Of a DNA stretch of 64,000 nt, positions 57,818 to 64,000 are shown in pieces. The DNA comes from Pseudomonadota bacterium (lineage in GTDB: Bacteria; Pseudomonadota; Alphaproteobacteria; SHVP01): NCBI GenBank assembly GCA_027622715.1, contig JAQBYN010000002.1, positions 6,682 to 70,681 of the forward strand, written 5' to 3'. Below the pieces are notes generated by a model. It had not been told where the DNA came from and made no database searches. It was given only the letters and a program-made list of their open reading frames with translations. Made by a program: the position numbers and the translations under genes. Every line of letters begins with the position of its first letter. The stretch's first letter is position 1.

Positions 57818-58105
57818 ATGGTCGAAACAGCGACACCTTTTGTCTGGAACAGCGGCGGCGAAGCGGACGCCGCGCTCAAGGCCCTTATTTCCGCCGAAGT
57901 GAAACGGGCGCTCGACCACTTTGTGAGCAACGCCTATCTGATGCTTTTTGAAGATCGATTTACGGTCATTCTCGATGACGCTGGCCAGTTTCAAAAACCG
58001 TTCGATCTGGATAAATGGTTGGGACGCTTCGGTGAAGATGAAGCCGAGCAGCTGGCCGTCTTGAAAGAACGGATTGAGTCGCGATTGGCCGCGCTTCGCG
58101 GCTAG
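57818..58105 (+). CDS. Hypothetical protein, 95 aa
   Basis: GGGGAG RBS; same strand as the operon; natural composition. Confidence 0.6.
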   Translation: MVETATPFVWNSGGEADAALKALISAEVKRALDHFVSNAYLMLFEDRFTVILDDAGQFQKPFDLDKWLGRFGEDEAEQLAVLKERIESRLAALRG

Positions 58106-58184
58106 CACGCAATTGACGGGGGACGGCGCAAGAACGATTCGCTAGATTGGCGCTCCAGAGTCACGGATTTTCGAGGAAGTAATC

Positions 58185-58325
58185 ATGGAATGGACCGACG
58201 AGGAACTTGCCGCGCCGATCAGCGATGAGACCAAAGAAGCCAGCCGACAGGGAAACCTGGAGATGGGCGCCTTTGTTCTGGCCGGTTGCATCCTGATCCT
58301 CTTGATGATGGCCCACGTTATTTGA
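58185..58325 (+). CDS. Small membrane protein, 46 aa (not in the ORF track)
   Basis: GAGG RBS; MEWTDEELAAPISDETKEASRQGNLEMGAFVLAGCILILLMMAHVI, acidic N-terminus plus one C-terminal TM helix. Confidence 0.55.
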   Translation: MEWTDEELAAPISDETKEASRQGNLEMGAFVLAGCILILLMMAHVI

Positions 58326-58396
58326 TCACGCCGATTCCAGATTTGCCCGCCGGTTGATCTGGCGGGGCGACCTGCGTTTATTTTCGGACCGGTCCG

Positions 58397-59302
58397 GTGA
58401 AAGAGGTGGCCTTGACCCTGCGACGGCTCGCGCCGCTCCTCCTATTCGGAATCATTTTGGCCGCTTGCGCCCGCAGTGTGCCGGCGCCGATCGACTACCG
58501 GATCACGGCGGTCATCGAACGCGCGCTGCGCGACGATGCGACGCGCCGCGCCGGCCTATCGCAGCGTCAGGCCATTCGCGAGCTTGGCGACGGTCCGATC
58601 TACACGGTTCGATCGGGCGATACGCTGGGCGCCATCGCGGACCGCTACGGCGTGAGCGCGAACGACATCATTCGTCTCAATGGGATCGGCGATCCCGACC
58701 GGATTTTCGTTGGGCAGGCCCTCATGTTGCCGGACTCGGCGCGGGTCCAGGTCGCCTTCGCCGAACCGCGAACATCGCGCCCCGCGGTTACGGTAGACGA
58801 GTCGGTCATCCCCAAGGACTCCGCACCCGCGCCGGCCCAACAAGCCCGCGTGCCGGCGACGCCGCCACCGACTAGACAGGCGTCGCGCGCGCCGATCGAT
58901 CCGCCGTTTCAGGCATCCGGCGCCCAATTCGATTGGCCGGTTCGCGGGCGTATCTTGCAAACGTTTGGGCCGCAGGGCAGTGGCCGTATTAATGATGGAA
59001 TCAATATCGCCGCCGACAACGGGGCGCCGGTGCGTGCGTCGGCCGACGGCGAGGTGATCTATGTTGGCGAGGAAGTGAAAAACCTTGGGAATCTTTTGCT
59101 CATCCGCCATGCCCAGGGCTGGATTACCGCCTACGCGCATACCGACGCGGTCGCGGTGCGCCGGGGTGAGCAGGTGCGCCAAGGTCAAACGATCGCCCGC
59201 GCTGGCCGTACCAACGGCGACGCCGGCCAAGTACATTTCCAGCTGCGCCGCGGCACCGAACCGGTCGATCCGCTAACGCGTCTGCCGAAGCAGGCGGGGT
59301 AG
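58397..59302 (+). CDS. nlpD: LysM + degenerate M23 (LytM) lipoprotein, NlpD-like
   Basis: Lipobox LAAC; LysM YTVRSGDTL; NDGINI and TAYAH; lies after surE-pcm. Start may be GTG 58406. Confidence 0.85.
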   Translation: MKEVALTLRRLAPLLLFGIILAACARSVPAPIDYRITAVIERALRDDATRRAGLSQRQAIRELGDGPIYTVRSGDTLGAIADRYGVSANDIIRLNGIGDPDRIFVGQALMLPDSARVQVAFAEPRTSRPAVTVDESVIPKDSAPAPAQQARVPATPPPTRQASRAPIDPPFQASGAQFDWPVRGRILQTFGPQGSGRINDGINIAADNGAPVRASADGEVIYVGEEVKNLGNLLLIRHAQGWITAYAHTDAVAVRRGEQVRQGQTIARAGRTNGDAGQVHFQLRRGTEPVDPLTRLPKQAG

Positions 59303-59325
59303 GGCCGGGGCTTCCTGGCGTTAGA

Positions 59326-60312
59326 TCAGTTGGCGTTCGCGTAGAGCCCGGCTTGGATCGCGCGTTCCTGCACCAGCGCGAGCACGGTATCGATCATCGG
59401 TGACGGCGTGTCGGTCAGGCGCGCGAGTTCTTGCACAACCGTGACCAGCGCGTCGATCTCCATCGGGCGGCCGCGTTCGAGGTCTTGCAGCATCGACGTC
59501 CGGTGCGCGCCGACGGCAACGGCGCCCTCGATGCGTTTGTCGACATCAATGGCAAATTTGATCCCAAGTTTTTCGGCGATGGTTTGCGCCTCGACCATCA
59601 TGGCGCGCACCACGGCGCGGGTACTGGGGTCGCCGCCGATTTCTTCGAGCGTCGCATGGGTGAGGGCGCTGACCGGGTTGAACGACAGGTTGCCCCACAG
59701 CTTGATCCAGATTTCGTCTCGGACGCGCGGCCGTACCGGCGCTTTGAAGCCGCCGGCGATCAGCGCCTTGGACAGCGCCACGACGCGCGCGCTCTTTTCC
59801 CCGGAAGGCTCGCCCAACGAGAACCGGTCGCCCTCGATGTGGGTGATGACCCCGGGGGCGGTGACCTCGCAGGCCGGATAGACCACGCAACCGATCATCC
59901 GCGCGGGCCCGAGGATACGCCATTGGGCATCGTCGGGATCGATGCTGCGCAACCGCTTATCGTGCCACGGCCCGTCGAGACCATAGAAGTACCACCACGG
60001 CACCCCGTTGACCGCCCATACGACGGCGGTATCGGGGCCAAGCAACGTCGCGATTTGGTCAAGCGCCGGGATCACCGAATGCGCCTTAAGGGTGACGATC
60101 ACATAGTCCTGTGGCCCCAGTGTTGATGGATCGTCGGTTGCGCGCACAGACGCTTTGCTGGTCTCGCCGTCCTTGATCAGCGTCAGACCGTGGGCTTGAA
60201 CCGCCGCGAGGTGTGGGCCGCGCGCGACCAGCGATACGGCGGCGCCCACGTCGGCCAGCCCGGCGCCGAGATAGCCGCCGATGGCGCCGGCTCCGTAGAT
60301 GCAAATCTTCAT
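59326..60312 (-). CDS. Ketopantoate reductase-family protein, probable oxalyl-CoA reductase (PanE2-like)
   Basis: GAGAIGG, NGVPWWYF, WIKLWGNLSFNP, SMLQDLERGRPMEID; coupled to the CoA ligase. Confidence 0.85.
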   Translation of the reverse strand: MKICIYGAGAIGGYLGAGLADVGAAVSLVARGPHLAAVQAHGLTLIKDGETSKASVRATDDPSTLGPQDYVIVTLKAHSVIPALDQIATLLGPDTAVVWAVNGVPWWYFYGLDGPWHDKRLRSIDPDDAQWRILGPARMIGCVVYPACEVTAPGVITHIEGDRFSLGEPSGEKSARVVALSKALIAGGFKAPVRPRVRDEIWIKLWGNLSFNPVSALTHATLEEIGGDPSTRAVVRAMMVEAQTIAEKLGIKFAIDVDKRIEGAVAVGAHRTSMLQDLERGRPMEIDALVTVVQELARLTDTPSPMIDTVLALVQERAIQAGLYANAN

Positions 60313-61826
60313 CCCGAGAGGTGGAGCTTTTCCGCCAGCCCAATGCGCTGCACCTTGCCGGTCGCGCCCTTGGGAATTTCATCCAAGATCACGATGCGGC
60401 GCGGCACTTTGAACCCGGCGAGGTGTTCGGCGACGAAGGCGCGCAGCGTTTTCTCATCGGCGGTGGCGTTTTCGTGCAGCACAACGGCGGCGGCAACGTC
60501 CTCCCCCAGTTTGTCGTGCGGCACCGCGAAGGTAACGGCCTGGGCGACGGCGGCATGCGCCATCAAGACGTTGTCGACCTCAACCGGCGCGATCTTCTCG
60601 CCGCCGCGATTGATAATTTCCTTGAGCCGACCGGTAATCGTTAAGAATCCGTCGTCGTCGAGGATGCCTTGGTCGCCGGTGCGGAACCAGCCGTCGGTAA
60701 AAGCCGTCGCATTGGCATCTGGGTTGTTTTCGTAACTCGCCGTGACATTCTCGCCGCGGATGACGACTTCACCGGTCTCTCCTTGGGCCACCAATACGCC
60801 GGCGGTATCCATGATGGCGACCTCCGGCCCTGCCGCCGCGCCGACACTGCCCGCTTTGCGGGTGCCGGGCGGCAGCTGATTGCTCGTCATCTGATGGCTC
60901 GCCTCAGTCATCCCATAAGATTCGATGACCGGCGCGCCGAACACGTCCTCGAGATCACGCATGACGGGCGGCGGTAGCGATGATGAGGAGGACCGAATGA
61001 ACCGCAGCGCCATGTTGGCGACAATCTCTTTGTTGCGGGCGGCGCGGGACAATATTGCCTGATGCATGGTCGGCACCGCAGTGTACCACGTTGGTTGCAC
61101 GGCCTCGAACCAGCCAAAAATGCGCAACGCGTTGAAGCCCGGGGTGCAGTGTACCGATGCTCCGGCGCCAAGCGACGCGGAGACCGCGGCGATCAATCCG
61201 TGAATGTGAAACAACGGCATGACGTTCAGGCAGCGGTCATTCGGAGTCAGACTTAGTGTGGCCCCGATGTTGCGGGCCGAGGCCGCAATATTGGTATGCG
61301 ACAACGGCACGATCTTGGGCCGCGACGTGGTGCCGGAGGTATGAAGCACGAGGGCGATATCGTCGGCGGCGGCGGGTCCACCTGACACCAGTTCCCCAGC
61401 GCTCGGCCCTTCGAGGCTAAACGTGCCTGCGGGCGCGGCGAGGTCGGGGGTGAGCGTCAAGATGACAATGCCGAGTTCTCGGGCGACCTCAACCGCCGGC
61501 GTCTCGTCGTCGGCCTGGACGATCAAAGCCTTGGCATTCAGATCCTCAAGGTAAAATCGAAACTCATCGGCGCGGTAGGCCGGGTTGAGCGGGGCGGTGG
61601 TGGCGGTGGCGGAAATGGCAATGAAAGCGGCTGCCATCTCAGGGCCATTCGGCAGCACGATCGCGACGCGGTCGTTGCGCCCGATCCCCAGCGCGTTGAG
61701 CGTTGCGGTTGTCTTGTCGGTGAGTGCCCGGAGCTCCCCAAAGGTCAGCGCGACCCGGTCCGGCGCACCGATGGCTGGGGCGTCGGGGTCGTGCCCAGCA
61801 AGCGCGTGATGGAGCAATTTAGTCAC
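60309..61826 (-). CDS. Acyl-CoA ligase, probable oxalate-CoA ligase (Oxs/AAE3-like)
   Basis: APLNPAY, LHTSGTTSRPKIVPL, MPLFHIHGL, TWYTAVPTMHQ, YGMTEASHQMTSN, KGATGKVQR. Confidence 0.88.
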   Translation of the reverse strand: MTKLLHHALAGHDPDAPAIGAPDRVALTFGELRALTDKTTATLNALGIGRNDRVAIVLPNGPEMAAAFIAISATATTAPLNPAYRADEFRFYLEDLNAKALIVQADDETPAVEVARELGIVILTLTPDLAAPAGTFSLEGPSAGELVSGGPAAADDIALVLHTSGTTSRPKIVPLSHTNIAASARNIGATLSLTPNDRCLNVMPLFHIHGLIAAVSASLGAGASVHCTPGFNALRIFGWFEAVQPTWYTAVPTMHQAILSRAARNKEIVANMALRFIRSSSSSLPPPVMRDLEDVFGAPVIESYGMTEASHQMTSNQLPPGTRKAGSVGAAAGPEVAIMDTAGVLVAQGETGEVVIRGENVTASYENNPDANATAFTDGWFRTGDQGILDDDGFLTITGRLKEIINRGGEKIAPVEVDNVLMAHAAVAQAVTFAVPHDKLGEDVAAAVVLHENATADEKTLRAFVAEHLAGFKVPRRIVILDEIPKGATGKVQRIGLAEKLHLSG

Positions 61827-61830
61827 GGCG

Positions 61831-62685
61831 TCAGACGCTCTTGCCTTGCCGGCCGGCCAGGTCCTGGATGAACTGCCAGGCGACGCGACCGGAGCGCGCG
61901 CCGCGCGTCATCGACCACTCGATCGCCTCGGCGTGAAGCTGGTCGGCGTCCATCCTGAGGCCGAGTTCGCCGACATACCCCGCGATCATCGCGAGGTACT
62001 CCTCTTGATTGCAACTATGAAAGCCGAGCCATAGCCCAAATCGATCCGACAACGACACTTTCTCCTCGACCGATTCGGATGGGTTGATCGCGGTGGAACG
62101 TTCGTTCTCGATCATGTCGCGCGGCATTAAATGGCGGCGGTTGGACGTCGCATAGAAGATGACGTTGGCGGGGCGGCCTTCTAGCCCGCCCTCAAGGACG
62201 GCCTTGAGGGATTTGTAACTGGTGTCCGCGGTGTCGAACGACAGGTCGTCGCAAAACAAGATGCAGCGGCGCGGCGCGGCGGCAAGAACGGTCAGCAGGT
62301 GCGGCAGCGTCGGGATGTCTTCTCGGTGAATCTCAACCAGCACCAGCGCACCCGGCGTTTCTTTATTGATCGCGGCGTGCACGGCCTTAACCAACGAACT
62401 CTTGCCCATACCGCGTGCGCCCCAAAGCAGCGCGTTGTTGGCGGCGTGACCCATGGTAAAGCGGCGGGTGTTGTCCAGCAGCGTGTCTCGGACCCGGTCG
62501 ATCCCGACCAGCAAGGCTAGATCGACATGGGCGACATCGGGTACCGGCTGGAGACGACTGCCCTGGGCGTGCCAAACGAAGGCGTCGGCGCTCGCTAGAT
62601 CGGCGGGCGGCAAAGTCGCGGGCTGCAGCCCCTCCAGCGCATCGGCGATGCGGGTTAACAAAGGTTTGAGATCGGGGTCGCTCAT
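61831..62685 (-). CDS. DUF815 family AAA+ ATP-binding protein
   Basis: LLWGARGMGKSS, FCDDLSF, YKSLKAVLEGG, YATSNRRHL, EEKVSLSDRFG, RSGRVAWQF. Confidence 0.94.
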   Translation of the reverse strand: MSDPDLKPLLTRIADALEGLQPATLPPADLASADAFVWHAQGSRLQPVPDVAHVDLALLVGIDRVRDTLLDNTRRFTMGHAANNALLWGARGMGKSSLVKAVHAAINKETPGALVLVEIHREDIPTLPHLLTVLAAAPRRCILFCDDLSFDTADTSYKSLKAVLEGGLEGRPANVIFYATSNRRHLMPRDMIENERSTAINPSESVEEKVSLSDRFGLWLGFHSCNQEEYLAMIAGYVGELGLRMDADQLHAEAIEWSMTRGARSGRVAWQFIQDLAGRQGKSV

Positions 62686-62800
62686 AGCCAGACCCTACGT
62701 CGGCTCGGTCGCGAAGCAAAGTCTCAAGAGGATGCGCCAACGGGCCGCCCTGCGCCAAGAATTGGCCCTGGGAATGACCTGGAAGGAACGGTTCGGCGGT

Positions 62801-62828
62801 TTGCAATCGGGCACCGGGTCGTTATAGT
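62801..62828 (+). promoter_or_regulatory. sigma70 promoter of yajC-secD
   Basis: TTGCAA-N16-TATAGT, 35 bp upstream of yajC. Confidence 0.55.
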
Positions 62829-62863
62829 CCGCCAGCCATTTGGGCTAAATCTCGGGAGTTTCC

Positions 62864-63214
62864 ATGTTGATTTCGATGGCCTTTGCACAAGGGGCTGAGG
62901 GCGCTGGCGGTCTTTTTGGCGGCGGCGGTGGGATTGTGAGTCTGCTCCCACTGGTTCTGATTTTCGTCGTTTTTTACTTCTTGCTGATTCGGCCGCAACA
63001 GAAAAAAGTCAAGGTTCACCGGGCCATGGTGAGCAATCTTCGCCGCGGCGACAACATCGTCACCGGTGGCGGGATTATTGGAAAAGTGACCAAGGTCCTG
63101 GACGACAATCGTGTCGAGGTGGAGATCGCGGACGGCGTTCGCGTTCAGGTCGCGCGTGGGACCATTCAAGACGTGGTGACCCGCAGTGAGCCCGTTCCCG
63201 AGGACAAGAAGTAG
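62864..63214 (+). CDS. yajC: Preprotein translocase subunit YajC
   Basis: FYFLLIRPQQKK, LRRGD.IVTGGGIIGKV. Confidence 0.97.
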   Translation: MLISMAFAQGAEGAGGLFGGGGGIVSLLPLVLIFVVFYFLLIRPQQKKVKVHRAMVSNLRRGDNIVTGGGIIGKVTKVLDDNRVEVEIADGVRVQVARGTIQDVVTRSEPVPEDKK

Positions 63215-63300
63215 CGTCCGATCAACCCGGCCGGGATTTTCGGAACGGGATTCCCACAGCGGGCGATTTGGACCTTCGAGGATTGAGCAGGCGCCGTTAG

Positions 63301-64000
63301 ATGCTGCAGTTCGCAAGATGGAAGACGACTCTCGTGGCCTTGGTTGTGGCCGCCGGCATTATCTTCTTGTTGCCCAACTTCTTTCCGCGCGCCAGCGTCG
63401 AGACATGGCCAAATTGGCTACCGAACGAGCAAATCAATCTCGGCCTCGACCTTCAAGGCGGCTCGCACCTTCTCCTCGAAGTCGATGTTGACTTCGTAAT
63501 TCGTGAACGCCTCGAGTCGCTTGAAAGCGAAGTGCGCCGGGCATTGCGGGCGGAGCGGATCAATTACACTGGGATCGGCCTCGAGCAGAACTCGGTCCGC
63601 GTTCGGCTAATCACGCCCGAACAGCGCGATGACGCGGTCAGGGTACTGCGATCTCTGTCTCAACCCATCGTTTCCAGCGCATTCCTTAATATTGGCGCGC
63701 GCGACCTTGACGTCGAAGTCGATGACGAGGGTGTCGCGCGGCTGACCCTAACCGACGAAGCGATTACTGAGCGCGGCCGCGCCGCCGTCGAGCAGTCGAT
63801 CGAAATCGTGCGGCGGCGGATCGACGAGACCGGCACCCGCGAACCATCCATCCAGCGTCAGGGCGACGACCGCATCCTGGTCCAACTGCCCGGCCTCGAT
63901 GATCCCGACCGGATCAAGCGGCTGCTGGGTCAAACGGCGCGCCTGACGTTCCAAATGGTCGACACCGAAGCGCGTTCCGGCGGGCGTGTCCCACCGGGGT
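63301..64000 (+). CDS. secD: Protein translocase subunit SecD (3' end outside window)
   Basis: MLQFARWK...INLGLDLQGGSHLLLEVD...IEIVRRRIDETGTREPSIQRQGDDRILVQLPG. Confidence 0.96.
   Translation, partial: MLQFARWKTTLVALVVAAGIIFLLPNFFPRASVETWPNWLPNEQINLGLDLQGGSHLLLEVDVDFVIRERLESLESEVRRALRAERINYTGIGLEQNSVRVRLITPEQRDDAVRVLRSLSQPIVSSAFLNIGARDLDVEVDDEGVARLTLTDEAITERGRAAVEQSIEIVRRRIDETGTREPSIQRQGDDRILVQLPGLDDPDRIKRLLGQTARLTFQMVDTEARSGGRVPPG

Noticed and set aside
58397-59302. Missing zinc ligands in the M23 domain as a novelty
   Set aside because: A degenerate LytM domain is the normal state of NlpD-type amidase activators.
1-64000. tRNA, rRNA, riboswitch or CRISPR array
   Set aside because: None recognised by eye in the intergenic regions; an Infernal/Rfam scan would be needed to exclude small RNAs.

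Overview
This is a GC-rich alphaproteobacterial chromosome segment; the gene order and sigma54/FlbD-type motifs suggest a Rhodospirillales-like organism. No rRNA, tRNA or CRISPR array was seen. The left ~29 kb is a dense mosaic of catabolic and accessory genes: FAD monooxygenase, M20/M24 peptidases, SDRs, acetoacetate-decarboxylase-like protein, cupin, amidohydrolase, TAXI-TRAP, racemase-fold protein, HxlR/PaaI, hybrid kinase, PrpD, DMT, deacetylase, an ECF42-DGPF module, a CoA-transferase/ACAD operon and GMC oxidoreductase/amidase. Next come an AT-richer, possibly PIN-like gene split by an IS3-family element, then typA and four Bcr/CflA MFS genes. The most notable locus (39.4-49.1 kb) is a 909-aa FlaEY-like protein with flagellar-axial-like ends and a beta-propeller core. 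It is divergent from a 7-gene nucleotide-sugar (heptose-like) operon, and the shared intergenic region holds back-to-back sigma54-type promoters and a perfect 19-bp ftr/FlbD-like palindrome. The right end has a Fur-boxed Fe(III) ABC transporter and the conserved tatABC-serS-surE-pcm-nlpD-DUF815-yajC-secD block, with two orphan ORFs and a probable oxalate-assimilation gene pair inserted. All family assignments come from reading motifs; no database search was run.
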